Origin: Macrostomum lignano
Taxonomy: Eukaryota
Assembly (NCBI GenBank): GCA_002269645.1
Contig: NIVC01002836.1
Span: forward strand, 72,854-136,853
Reading direction: 5' to 3'
Length of the DNA: 64,000 nt
Part shown: piece by piece, positions 13,011 through 26,181 of the stretch
Layout: each line of letters starts with the position of its first letter
Numbering within the stretch: the first letter of the stretch is position 1
Position numbers and translations under genes: made by a program
The notes under the pieces: model-generated
Databases searched by the model: none
Seen by the model: the letters and a program-made list of their open reading frames with translations, nothing else
Told to the model about the DNA's origin: nothing

Positions 13011-16000
13011 GCGAACTCACTAGCCAACTTAACTTGCACACAAATTTCAAGGAAATGACTCAGAACTGGCGTTAATTTGGCGTCATTACAGAAAAGACTC
13101 ATCACTATGCCGATACCCCTAAGCTGGGAGAAAATCTATCATTTTCAGTCGAATTTCCTTATGTTATTTCAATGCAGCCGAAGCTACGGAACGGTTTCGC
13201 AAGTGGTCAGTTCAGGTAAAGCAGATTCCCCTAGTCCAGATATACCAGCATATTTTTTTTGCAACGCTGGGATTCGGTAGAAAAATAATAACATGAAATT
13301 GAGCGGAGAACAAAATGTCGAACGAAAACATTACGGTCGGATGTGCGCCGAGTAAAAAAGGCAACATTGGCTGAGGAATTTCTGAAAGCAGCTGACCGAC
13401 AACCCGCGTCTCGCAGAAATGTCAGTTTATTTTTCTGACCCACTCGCCCAGAGAGAAGTCCGTGCATGCCAAACAGCTTCTCTGGCACGCATTGTCCGGT
13501 GTCGCCTACATATCGAGCAAAAATTATTGTAATATCCCGGACGGTCGGCGGCACTCTGTTGACACAGGGGTGGGGGTGGGGACTCGCCCATGCGGATGTG
13601 ACAGTTCGGGAACACTTGGCGTCCGGGCGAATTTGACCAAAGCTGTCGTCATCAATGGCGAGAGCGTGATGGCGTCGATGTTTTTATAGAGAGCCGAGGC
13701 TGTCACCTGTTAGTTTGGTCAGCGCTTTCCATAGCAGGTGAATTTTTATTGTGCAAGTAGTGAACATTTTCTACTAACAAAGTTGCTGATTCTTCAAGAG
13801 TCTGCAAGAATTATGTGGTGGTCAGCATCAAATGTCACTCGATGTTCAAGAGGACAAGGAAGATCTACTACCCTTGGTATTGTAAAACTCAAGCTAAGGC
13901 ACCGACTTCTAGCTCAAAAAATTATAAATAAGAAAATGGGAATTACCACTGATAGCGAAAGAACATGACGTTTCATTTTTATGCAGTTATTCAAAGATTT
14001 TTTAGCCCTAAATTCCCTAAAAATCTTACTTTAGAATTCTTGATGAAGCAAGTGCGAACGTTTAGGTTGAGCTGCACTCGCAAGTTTATCGAGCTTCTTT
14101 GCATAGACAGAGGGTTTTGCCATAGAAAGATTGCTTTAGTTTCTAATGCGTCTATCATGGTAATGCACCCTCTTGCCTTGCATGATATTCCGCATCAATA
14201 TCGCATCAAGCACCGTTCAGCATCGCAGCTCAGACACCCTTAGACGCCCTGGGGCAAATATTGAGACAAATCTATCGAATAGCAAATACTCCAATGCTCA
14301 GCAGCAGCCAAGGGAAAGCGCCACAAGGGGCGGAGCTTGGGGCGGAACCAGCGGAATAGCGCTATAGGGAGAAAAAAGCCGAAAGAGATTATCCCAGACG
14401 TGGTTGCAAGATCTGTGAGACCACTTCAAGGAACTGGAAAGTGAGCCGAACGCCGTGCTGGTTGCCAGGCGCCCTGGATACACAGATCATGCGTGAACTG
14501 ATAGTTTGCAACATAATTATGCCCCTCGCCCCAGCATGTCTTTTCCCCCAATTCTCCCGCTCTCAGACCTACAGATTCCCATCTGTTAATGAATTCAAAA
14601 CCTCATCAATAAACTCAACCGCATACCGCTCTCTGCTATGCAAAGTAACATTCCATAGACCAGCTCTCCAGTTGGAAACTGCCAATTATCTGTGCTGAAG
14701 TGCCAAATTATTGTTGCTTTTTTATGAGACGCAATGATCAAAAAATCGATATAAAAAATGGTTAGATTTATTGTTATGCCAGAGCGCGGAAGCAGGGAAT
14801 CCACGACGGGCTTGGGAAGAGGAGATTTACTGTGCTATTTTTTTCAAATTCTCATTGCGACATGCGGGTAACCGAATATTCATCCACGATTACGGTTGCG
14901 TCACCAAAAGTAAAGAGGGCCCACGCGTCTACTGCCGGGGCCCAGCTGTATCGATTCAATGCCTCTCTTCAGCAACGGAATTTCACCGCTTTGATGTTGT
15001 CGATTTCTCAACAAATTTTTTTTTTGACACTTTGACGATGCAAAGCGAAGAGGCTGCAATTGAGGCTGAATCCACAGCAGGTGGCCGCCTCATTAGTCTC
15101 AAACCTGTGCTCGAAAAAATCTATTTAAATTTGAGGAGAAAATGATGTTGAACAGCCCCAGTCAGACTCCATGCTCAAGCACTTCCGGTCGCAACTCGAC
15201 AGAACTATTCATAGATATGGACCCGCCGGGATCTTGTGGCTAAATACTATACACTTAGCACGAGGAATAACATTTTTATAATTGCTGTGCATTTTTCTTG
15301 TTGATCTTACAGAGAGATAGCTGTGTAGCCGAGTTGTTCCTTTTGTCATAGCGCTACAAGGCATGGATACAAATTAGGCATTTTCGGGCTTGGGTGACAT
15401 TTTGCAGATTCGCTTCTTTCCTATAGTGTTGATTTCTCTTCATGCGAGGTCTTGGTTGCTAGCTAGCTATATCATTTGCTTCTGAATGTAGCATTTAAAG
15501 TCGTTCACAGTGCTGCCTGTTAGCTTACTGAAGATAGTTCACACTCTCACTCTCTCTCTCTCTATCTTGTGAACAAGGAGGAATCCAGCTTATCAACAGA
15601 TTCCTACATTGCTGAGCTGTAGAAAACATCAATGAGCCAAAGCTCAATAGATTTTAATAGCTTTAATTAAAACTTACCCTAAGCAAGGGTACTATAGCTG
15701 CTGCTGGCGCGGGGGTTAAACGACCCGAGTTAATAGCTGGTCTCAATCAGAATGAAAGGCGAATTCAGCTCATTTGCGCAAGTCCGGGGTCCCACTATAT
15801 ATAAATATATATATACACACACATACACAAAGCACGTCATCCGACTAATAGGGGCTACTTTATAGAGAAAGGAATAATAACTCCGAATTTAGCGTTTACC
15901 GAGCTGCGTCGTTGCAATTAAGCTATTGGCAATATCAATTATACACTCTAATTATATTCAACTCTATAGTGGCCAAAAACTCTTGTGTATTCAAATAAAA

Positions 16001-16290
16001 AATAAACTGCAAACTTAAAAAAAGCTAACTGCAACAGTGTATAGGCCGGAGCTGTATCCAATAACCTACTACAGTACTGCGGAGCGGCCATTATTATTGC
16101 TTTGAACCGCATCTGCGCAGTCGAGCTCCAAACTACGCGCTCGTGTAGCTTTTGTTGTGCTTTGAAACTTTCAATTATCGTGACGTTAATTTGACCGCCG
16201 GGAATTTTCGAATAATTAATTGCCTTTTTAACATATTTTTAACGGATCCAGCAATGGGAACCATGAGGAAAATTTAAGCTATTGACTTAC

Positions 16291-16449
16291 CGGATGTGGC
16301 GGCTGGTCCTTCTCGCCATTCTGGCAACAGCAGCTGCTGTTGTGACTGCTGGGTCGTCCAGTTTTGCGCCGTCTCATCGTCAACCTCATCGTCAGACGCC
16401 GCTGCCGCCGCCGCTGCACCTGCTCCTCTGTCGCCCAGCGTTGCTGCGC
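16291..16449 (-). CDS. Candidate upstream exon of the ataxin-1-like gene (159 nt, phase 1-1)
   Basis: Acceptor ...ttgaactgTAG| and donor CCG|GTAAGT. Open frame AATLGDRGAGAAAAAAASDDEVDDETAQNWTTQQSQQQLLLPEWREGPAATS has the same low-complexity style, and its phase-1 end fits the phase-1 start of the 4890 exon. Confidence 0.5.
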
Positions 16450-17524
16450 CTACAGTTCAACAGTCCCAAGAAAACAAATTTAAACGGGATAAAGCAGCCA
16501 ACAGTCAGCTGTGGTGAAGGGGCTGAGCAGGGCTCCGGCGGTGGATATTTAATAAAACACGCAGGCGGGATACAGACACGTACAACCTGTTGCGCAGTGT
16601 ATTTTTATACGCATTATTATATCTAATTAGTCTATCTGAGTCCTGTCTATCTAAAAACTTAATACGCTATTTAGACCCCCCTATACGCGACTCTGGCGTA
16701 ATCAGGGGCCTGCAGTCGGGGTGGGGAGGGAGGGGGTGGGGGGAGCTGCGTACGAGGGCGAAGGCAGACGGAAGAGAGGCTATAGCTGGAGCACCAGCAG
16801 CAGCAGCACCAGCGTAAACTTGCGCCATTAGCATTGGCGAGACCAAGAAAAAATAGTGGAACGCAATGAATCTCTCTGTCCCCTCCTCTAACTGCAATCA
16901 CGCAGGCCTCCCAGTCAAGTGGCTGCCTGCGCATGGGCGCCCCTGTGTGTGTAAGTTTTGCATGAGCATATCGTGAAGATTATTCTTTAGCACTGTAGGC
17001 TCGCAGGAGCTGTAACCAAAAACCATATATTATAACTACTTTTTCTGCTGCTTATGCTTCTGCGGTGATTCTCACTCTGTTTCTGAAACTTGTGCCGTTG
17101 CTTTTACTGTCAGTTGAAGGTTAGCGCAGTCCCTGTGCCCCCCCCCCTCCTCGGAACATACTATCCGATCTGGTTTGTATAGTTTAGCCACTGCGGCTAT
17201 CAGCCCTGGGAAAATCGGGCACGCATATCACGCTCGGTCGCAGGCATACGCTCATGTTTAAAAACTCTCACTTAATACTTTAATCTATGCATGCAGCTGG
17301 TACTCTCTCCAATGCTTATAAACCACTACTGAACTCAGCAGGCCGATAGTTAGTCTCAATATCGTTATCATGCATTAGTATATCACCCGCAAAAAATTGC
17401 CCTTAGTGACTTCTTCTCATTTTTAATTCGAAAAAAATGTTACTGAATTTCAGTCGCTATTGTGCTCTGTAGTGCCAGGGCGGCTCGTGCACAATCCCTA
17501 AATTTCACAAACCTATTTGTCACC

Positions 17525-18815
17525 GTTCTGAAATTTCACCATCCCGAAACTTCACAAGTCCGAAACTTCACAATCCTGAAACTTCACAATCCCGAAACTT
17601 CACAATCCCGAAACTTCACAATCCTGAAACTTCACAATCCTGAAACTTCACCATCCCAAAACTTTACAAGTTCGAAACTTCACAAGCCCGTAACTTCAAA
17701 ATCCCGAAACTTCACAAGTCCGAAACTTCACAATCCTGAAACTTCACAATCCCGAAACTTCACAATATTGAAACTTCACAATTCTGAAACTTAACAAGTC
17801 CGAAACTTCACAATTCTGAAACTTCACAAGTCCGAAACTTCACAATCCTGAAACTTCACCATCCCGAAACTTCACAAGTCCGAAAATTCACAATCCTGAA
17901 ACTTCACAATCCCGAAACTTCACGATCTCGAAACTTCACAATCCTGAAACTTCACCATCCCGAAACTTCACAATCCTGAAACTTCCCAATCCCGAAACTT
18001 CACAATCCCGAAAGTCTCAATCCCGAAACTTCACAATCCCAAAACATCACAAGTCCGAAACTTCACAATCCCAAAACTTCACAATCCCGAAACTTCACGA
18101 TCTCGAAACTTCACAATCCCAAAACTTTACAAGTTCGAAACTTCACAAGCCCGTAACTTCAAAATCCCGAAACTTCACAAGTCCAAAACTTCACCATCCC
18201 GAAACTTCACAAGTCCGAAACTTCACAATCCTGAAACTTCACCATCCCGAAACTTCACAATCCTGAAACTTCACAATTTTGAAATTTTACCATCCCGAAA
18301 CTTCACAAGTCCGAAACTTCACAATCCCAAAACTTTACAAGTTCGAAACTTCACAAGCCCGTAACTTCACAATCCCGAAACTTCACAAACCCGAAACTTC
18401 ACAAGCCCAAAACTTCTCAATCCCGAAACTTCACAAACCCGAAACTTCACAATCCCAAAACATTAAAAGTTCGAAACTTCACAAGCCCGTAACTTCAAAA
18501 TCCCGAAACTTCACCATCCCGAAACTTCACAAGTCCGAAACTTCACAATTCTGAAACTTCACAAGTCCGAAACTTCACAATCCTGAAACTTCACCATCCC
18601 GAAACTTCACAAGTCCGAAACTTCACAATCCTGAAACTTCACCATCCCGAAACTTCACAATCCTGAAACTTCACAATCCTGAAATTTCACCATCCCGAAA
18701 CTTCACAATCCTGAAACTTCACAATCCCGAAACTTCACAATCCTGAAACTTCACAATCCCGAAACTTTACAAACCCGAAACTTCACAAGTCTGAAATTTC
18801 AAAAGTCCAAAATTT
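17525..18815. repeat. 16-bp minisatellite (GAAACTTCACAATCCC), about 80 copies
   Basis: Direct reading. Confidence 0.95.
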
Positions 18816-21800
18816 CACTCTCCCAAAATTTGTGAAGTTTTTAAGTGGTAAAATTTTCTTAAAACTTGTGAAAATTTTGGTTTTAAAAGCACCTTCTCGG
18901 GGCAGAACAATGAGTAAACAATCAGAGATGCTTTGTATACCGTAGCAACTATAAAAATGTCATACCACCTGCAAAAACATATCTGGATCGCATCGCTTAT
19001 CAATCAATTTAGTTTTGAGTGCGTAAATGTCTTGGCTACGAATGTCATGATCATTTAATCACGGACAAAATTGCACGTCAGATTCATTGTAAAACGCAAT
19101 TAGAATAAAACATTGCACGAGATCATGCAGTGCTGCACGGAATAGCTGGCCGGGACTTGTAAAACCGCAGAATATATCAGATCTGTTGTTATAACACAGC
19201 CACGCAGTAATGGAGTTTTCGACTAAAAAAGTAGTTTAAAAAAATAATTATGAGTAAACATGGGGGTGATCTAATCCGGAATCCCATAGAGTGGGGTTCA
19301 CTGTACGCTAATTTTATTCTACCGTTCGATTTCTGAATCTTTTCAAGATACGATTGCACAATAAACAAAAGCAATTCTGGGTATTCTCTAATCATGTTCT
19401 ACTACAGCAGCTGCTGCATAGTTGCAGCAATTGAGTAAAACTTTAATTAAAAAAATACTTTCACTTCCTACTAAAAGTAGCACCTTAGATGCATGAACTA
19501 GCGAATCGATATTACACCATTTTACCAAAAGAAACAAGCGCTGTTGCTCATGTAAACGCCATTCTTATTTCATTTTGTTGCACCATGCTTTTACACATCA
19601 TATATCTCTATAATATAACATATGAAAGCGTAGCAGGTAATGCGATGTACACGTAAAACTATACATCTAAATGTAGGAAAGGTAAGGCCTTCTAAAACTA
19701 TAGAATCCAAGATCAGAGAGCTGCTTATGTTCTGCATTTAGTGCATTGTTAAGGCTGACTTGTTTTTTGCTTTATTAAATAATTTTCCCATGCGGATTGA
19801 AAACTCAATTGGTTTGAAATTTTATGTGCATGCAATGCCCTATAATTTTTAATCAGTTTAAAGTCAGTTTTCTGCTGATGATTACTGCAAAATTTGCTTG
19901 TATAAATTGCGATAGTTTCTTATTTTTACTGCTCCAAACAAAAACATTATTTTAATGTATGACCATACCTATAGGATTCTAATATCCGTCAATTATAAGT
20001 TTCTGATTTATACTAGTTGTCTAGTACAGGCACGAAATGTTATAATTTACAAAAAATAAAGGTTTGAAAATTTTCCTCACGAAACGGAAATTTGAAGACT
20101 GCTTTCTGCGAAACAAACACGTCATTTTTCGTTGTTTAAAAATGCCCGCCATAGAAATCAAGTCATACGAATTATCATATATATATATTAGCTAATTTTT
20201 TTCTTTTATCAATCACCGCTCATTTATTCTTATTTTTTTAATAAAAAACTATGGTCTATACTTAGCTATATGCCCCGTCGCGGATTTCCTAACCTAGTAA
20301 TTTTTAATGAATTATTTTATATATTAGCCAGACTCAACTGATTCTCTACAACTCCATTGTCAAAATCAAATTTAGGCCCCTAGCAACATTTTATTACTGT
20401 CTAATTGTCATATTTAATGATTAATTTTGTAATGAATAATATTATTATTATTAGGCCTAGGCTATATATTTATTATATACTTAGTGATCTACTGATCTAA
20501 GCAAATGTCAATGTCAATGTTGGTTATTTTATTTATTAGTTTTTAAAAAAAATTTTACTATAGAAGCTTAAATGTATGCAATCTTCTAGTTTTACTGTAC
20601 TAAATTATTTTCATGTTTTTACAAATTTTTCATCCTATACTAATTGACAAATGCTGGGTTTTTAAGGGGTCGGACGTGATCGCAATTGTGATCACAATTT
20701 TGTGAATTCACGACTATTTTTTTCACAATCGTGATTTCCTTGAAACCCATTCACGACAGTTGTAAATTTCCACTTTATTACATTTTTATTAGAAGTATAA
20801 CTTTTCTACTTGGTTTACCAAAATATGTGAACACAAATTAAAAGAGTAATAAATTTTAAATTTGTTGACTTGACAGCAATACCGAGTAGCTATTATCAAT
20901 TTATAAATATTTCTTTTCTTGTTTTGTTTTTTTCAACACTTGTAACTTACAAGCTGAAAATACGTGTATGCAAATATAAATTCACAATCACACCCGACTT
21001 TGAAAATTTCACAAAATTTCATGTCCGACCAAAATTTTCTGCTCGTCCGACCTCTAGTTTTTTTTTCGCCAGAGACAAGGTGCAAAATCGCACCTTGTGC
21101 CAAAGCCAAATTTCAAGTTGCGATTGTAAGGCTCAGAGTGCAATTTCTCTTGAGTCTTGTTTCAGACAACTGGGAATGTATAGACATGTCTTATGTCTAT
21201 ACATCTTTGTACAAAGAATGCCTTGACCTCTTGTCTGTTATCTCGTCTTCAGATTGCTGCTTTGATAAATAGTAACATGATAAAAAATACTAAAACAAAG
21301 AAGTTGCTACTTTGTATCTATTCTCCCATTTTTTCATTTCAGAATAAGCCTTCAGCTTGTGTTACAATGGGTTTTCCTCTGTCTTTATGAACAATCCCAC
21401 CGCTGCCACCAAGTTGTCAAAGGCATAATTGCTCTTACTGAAATTATCCCACTGCTGCAACCAAGTTGTCAAAGGGCTGATTTTTCTGTCTCTTCAAATG
21501 ATTTCACAGCTGTCACTAAAGTTGTCAAAGGGCTAAATTCCTGTTTTTATTAATGTTGGTAGCTGCCACCAAGACTATTCTATTAATAAATTATGATTTT
21601 ATTAATCTTAGAATAAGTCTGAGAATAGGTCTGAGTATTTAGTCTGAGTATTTAGTCTTAGTATTATTCCTAGAAAACTATTAGCCCTGAAAGATTTTAC
21701 TCCTCTGTTATTCTGGTAGCATTTATTCTGATTCCGGTAGCATTTACTGAACTTTTGGCCTGAGTGGTCTATTGGCTATACTAGTATATATATTCCATGT

Positions 21801-23676
21801 ACTTTGCAAGTCCTTGGGCATTACCGAGATCAGAGGGTCACAGCCTCCAGTTATTCTTACATGTATCACTTCAGATCTACTTCGTATTCTCTTACTATTC
21901 AATATTGCTGCTTCTTAATAGTATGTACTGTATACACTTCAGTCTATTTCACTCTTACTTCTTAAAAAGAATTAACATAGAAAACACTTTTTCAATTCTT
22001 ATTTTCTCGGAACTATTATTCTTCGATATGACTGTTTTGTTAGTGAACCGCGATGCGCAAGATTGGTCTCTCCTCCGCCAAAAATGCTTCTATTAATACT
22101 AAAATTTACTGCTAGTTAAAACAAAAATTAGGTTGTGTAAAATATTATGAAAAATATGAGTATTAAAACAAAATATGTTTCTTAGTTTTGGCATGAATTC
22201 AAATTGACTAAACAGTGACTATTTTATAAAGAAATCGGGAGGGGCCCTGCACACTTATAAGGCTTCGTGTTCAAGAGTTCTGGAGACAGGCTTCAACAGG
22301 CTGACTTACCTACATCCATTCCTCTTGGATAACATGGAAGTGGGCCTGGTGGGACCAGAATTGGATTCAGCATAGCATAGATTAACAATATATCATTATC
22401 AATTGGATTGACACAGCTCAAGCTGATTGAGTGGCAGCTCCACTGTTACATTTTACATGCAATGCTGTGTGCATAGTACACTATTGAAAATATACTCTTA
22501 CACATTAAAAGAATGTTTTCCAGCTATATTTGCAGAGGAAAAGAAATAAAAAATGTAGAATTTACCGTCTAACAATTTTAACAGTCAATATTTTTCCTTG
22601 CTATTCTACCTTTTTATTTACCTACTGGATGTTGAATTTAATAAAAATTCTACTATATGTCTATGCAGTTTAAGGCGCTAGTAAATTATGTACACAGCAA
22701 AACTCTAGCTAGCTATAAAGTAAATATGTAGTCGTGGATGATAGATAGTTCCAATCCAACTACCAACACTGTGACAACTAGGCTAAAAATGAAAGTTAAA
22801 GGTAAAAATTCAAAGCATTCAAGAGATGGATAATGCTTTAATTTGCAAACCTTGAGTTGGAGTTAGAACTCCTGAAGATAATCAAAGAAATCGAAGCAAA
22901 AAGACTACTTTTCAAGGAATACATGATCATTGAGCAGAGTCACTGACTCACTGCATAGACAATTAGGAAGACACTAGCAATCTAGTGCCCACTTCGGTGC
23001 GCCCAATAAGTAAGGGACAAAATAATTTACGTAAATCCTATTTGCCTTGACTCCGATGCAATTCTCCCAAAAGCCTTGACATCTCATCAATAACCATAGC
23101 AATCCTTGACATCTACACGATTCCCCACAAGCCTTAACATCTTAGCAATCTCCCCAGCAAGCTAATTGAGTAAAATGCTCATTGAGCCTGAGTTAAATGC
23201 TTATTCCTTCATGTCATGGGCCATGGCATTGACAAACTCGTTGACATCGAGTTCCGACAGCTGGTAGCGCTTTCGTTGGGCACTGTGCTCCCACAATGCA
23301 AAGGCTTGATCATACAGGAAACTCTTGTAGTAAAAGTATTATAGACTAAACAAGGCTATATATATCAAATCTGGCATTAAAACAATTAAAGACATATTAT
23401 TATTAATACATATAACATAAAGAGATTCTATATGTCTAGTTTAATAAAAGGTTTTTAGATTAAAACAATATAAGATAAATTAGTTTGTAGTTGATTTGTT
23501 ATATTATTATATTAAAATATACTAAAAATACTAATACTATTTAGTCTAAGTCTACTTTAATTTACTATTAGCCATAACTATATATAGACTCAAAGTATAT
23601 AATATACAATAATTAATAATAGTATAAATATTAGTATTGTATGTATACTATTAATATTATAATATTATTGTACATA

Positions 23677-24969
23677 CGAGGGGCACTATTAAAGTTCTGA
23701 GCCTGACCAAGATCTTATAGTGGCAAAGTGTTGAAACTTTAGGCTCTACAAGCGCCACATGTTAATAGTCTATTGTCAACTTTTCAGAATTTTCTGCATT
23801 CCCTAAGTCCCACTGCACCATTTTATTTCCAGCACCCCATGGCATTTTCTCAAGAATTGAAGCTTGAGCACAGGGCAGTGATTAAATTTCTGACTCTGGA
23901 GGGCTCAAAGCCTGCTGAAATTCAAAGCCGCATGGCTAGTGTGTACGCTGACGCTGCCCCCTCATACGCCACCATAAAGCGCTGGGCAGCCGAGTTCAAG
24001 CGTGGCCGCGACTCGCTCGAAGATGACCCCCGATGTGGACGACCCCGGACTGCTGTCACTGCCGACAACATCCAGCGCATCCAGGCTCTGGTTGACAGTG
24101 ACCAGCGGGTGAAAGTCAGGGAACTTGCGGCAGACACTGGACTCTCTGACCCGCAAGTCATTGAGATCCTGCACCAGCATCTTCATCTGTCCAAGGTTTC
24201 TGCCAGATGGATCCCACGAATCTTGACAAGGGACCAAAAGACCGCACGGGTGCAGTACTCAAAGCTTGTCCTGGACTCCTACGATCCGGACCCTGCCAAC
24301 TTTCTGTCCTGCTGCGTGACCGGGGATGAGACGTGGATCCATCACCACGATCCCGAGTCCAAGCAGGAGTCCAAGCAGTGGCTGCCAGTTGGTTCACCTG
24401 CACCACTGAAGGCACGGACTGCATGCAGTGCGGGCAAGATTATGCTCACCGTCTTCTGGGATGCCAAGGGCCCGCTGCTGCTGGACTTTCTACCGCACAA
24501 GCAGACAGTCACAGGCACCTACTACGCTGACCTGATCGCCCGTCTGCGCGAAGCAATCAAGGAAAATAGGCGAGGGATGCTGAGCCGAGGTGTTGTGCTG
24601 CTGCACGACAATGCACCGGCCCACACTAGCAGGATTGCCAAGGCTGCTGTCAGTGTCGCAGGGTTTCGAGAGCTGCCGCACCCAGCCTATTCACCAGACC
24701 TGGCCCCGAGCGACTTCCACCTGTTTCCACATCTCAAGCGGGCGCTCCGTGGACAGCGATTTGACACTGATGATGCGCTGAAGGATGCTGCAACTGCTTG
24801 GTTTGAGGGCTGCTCGGTGCAATTCTTCCAGAGTGGCATTGAGGCGCTGCGATCAAGATGCCATAAGTGCATCTTGGTTGGGGGAGACTATGTTGAGAAA
24901 AGCTGATCTCACTTTGCCCATATCTCCTCTCTTTCATATTAAGGCTCAGAACTTTAATAGTGCCCCTCG
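23677..24969 (+). mobile_element. Full-length mariner (Tc1/mariner, DD34D) transposon, 1293 bp
   Basis: Perfect 28-bp TIRs CGAGGGGCACTATTAAAGTTCTGAGCCT (23677-23704 and 24942-24969), flanked by TA target-site duplications (23675-76 and 24970-71). Confidence 0.97.
23839..24906 (+). CDS. Mariner (Mos1-like) transposase, 355 aa, intact
   Basis: First ATG at 23839 (the track ORF starts at an upstream TTG). N-terminal HTH region, WIPRIL (WVPHEL-like) linker, catalytic VTGDETW, LHDNAPAH and YSPDLAPSD with exactly 34 residues between the second and third Asp. Confidence 0.96.
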   Translation: MAFSQELKLEHRAVIKFLTLEGSKPAEIQSRMASVYADAAPSYATIKRWAAEFKRGRDSLEDDPRCGRPRTAVTADNIQRIQALVDSDQRVKVRELAADTGLSDPQVIEILHQHLHLSKVSARWIPRILTRDQKTARVQYSKLVLDSYDPDPANFLSCCVTGDETWIHHHDPESKQESKQWLPVGSPAPLKARTACSAGKIMLTVFWDAKGPLLLDFLPHKQTVTGTYYADLIARLREAIKENRRGMLSRGVVLLHDNAPAHTSRIAKAAVSVAGFRELPHPAYSPDLAPSDFHLFPHLKRALRGQRFDTDDALKDAATAWFEGCSVQFFQSGIEALRSRCHKCILVGGDYVEKS

Positions 24970-25964
24970 TACATATGCCTAGCATAGACATCATATAGTA
25001 CAGTTAAATAGTAATTTAAATATAATTTTATAATTTTACTGTTACAATTATTTTACAATAATTTTATAATAATTGTAAATAATTACTTATACTAAAATAA
25101 AAAATAAAGTAAATGTAATTTGGTCCTACTGCCTACTCAAACATTTTTGCAATAGAAGCTCACTGATTATGTTATATCCGGACTCTAACAGTCTTTTTGA
25201 CTTATAATTTATGATTGATATCTTTAACTTATAACTAACTACTTCACAAACAATAGAAATTGGCATTAGTCCTTATAGATAGTCTATCTATTGATTTTAT
25301 TTATCTATTCTAGGCCTATTGATTATCTATGATTTAATTGTGGGTATAAGCCTTAGGCTATTAGATTATGAATATGATAAATTTATGAACTTGAATTTAA
25401 TACCTTACTTTAGTAGAGCTTATGATTAGATAGACCTTTAGATTCTTATAATTTGCATTTGTATTATATCTATAGATTATATATACAACTAAATAAACAC
25501 AAGGCTACTGCTTAACTCATACTTAACATTCTAAGAAAGAGTAAAGACTCTGAAGAGTCAAGAGTAAAGATGTCAAAATTAAAAAAGTTGAAGTTTATAC
25601 TAATATACTAGATAAATTATCATCATTTATCATTGATTAAAAAGGCCAAATTTAATGTGATCAAAGATCATATGATTTTTATATAATTTTTCATATATTT
25701 TAATATCTTACATAAGGCTATAGCCATAGGCTATATGACTTAATAGGATTTAAAGAGTTATTATGTTTCATATTTTAAGGCAGTGCATGAAAAATAGCTT
25801 AAGCATAGTTAAGCCTTTAAAGAAAAATGGTTATAAGACCGCACCTAAACTGCACCTACTTTTTTAATTTCAGGGTATGATTTTAAAATTTAGGGTGCAT
25901 ATGCACACTCTGCGCACAAAAAACCCTGGAACAAATGGTAGGCCTATAATGGCTTGTAGAATCA

Positions 25965-26181
25965 TATAGATATCAATCACCAACTCCATTTTCTGGACCC
26001 ACATGACAACTTGACTGTCCATATAAACACCATTGAGGGGTCATGGGCAGGCATCAAGGCCAAATTCACTCTAGTACATAGCACTAGTGATGCCCTGTTT
26101 GACACCTATCTCAATGAGTACTTGTGCCTATGGTGCTGCCTTTTCCCATTACCAAAAGTGTTTGGGAACTTTTTGTATTAG
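25965..26181 (+). pseudogene. Merlin/ISXO2-like transposase C-terminal remnant
   Basis: Hand translation from 25987: HFLDPHDNLTVHINTIEGSWAGIKAKFTLVHSTSDALFDTYLNEYL, resembling the Merlin motif (V)NHS..FVDP...HTNTIEG.W...K.......S...F..YL.E; preceded by a frameshifted INH. Confidence 0.6.

Noticed and set aside
16294-16626. Plus-strand ORF starting MWRLVLLAILATAAAVVTAG, resembling a signal peptide
   Set aside because: It overlaps a minus-strand segment with much stronger splice signals and a phase matching ATXN1. The hydrophobic stretch is plausibly the antisense of a Gln/Ala-rich exon. Not fully excluded.
10551-18554. Repeat-peptide ORFs at 10.5-11.3, 12.4-13.1 and 17.4-18.5 kb
   Set aside because: Unit lengths of 20, 10 and 16 nt are not multiples of 3; the ORFs are by-products of tandem arrays.
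23773-23838. N-terminal 22-aa extension of the transposase in the ORF track
   Set aside because: It starts at a TTG; the first ATG at 23839 gives the typical mariner length.
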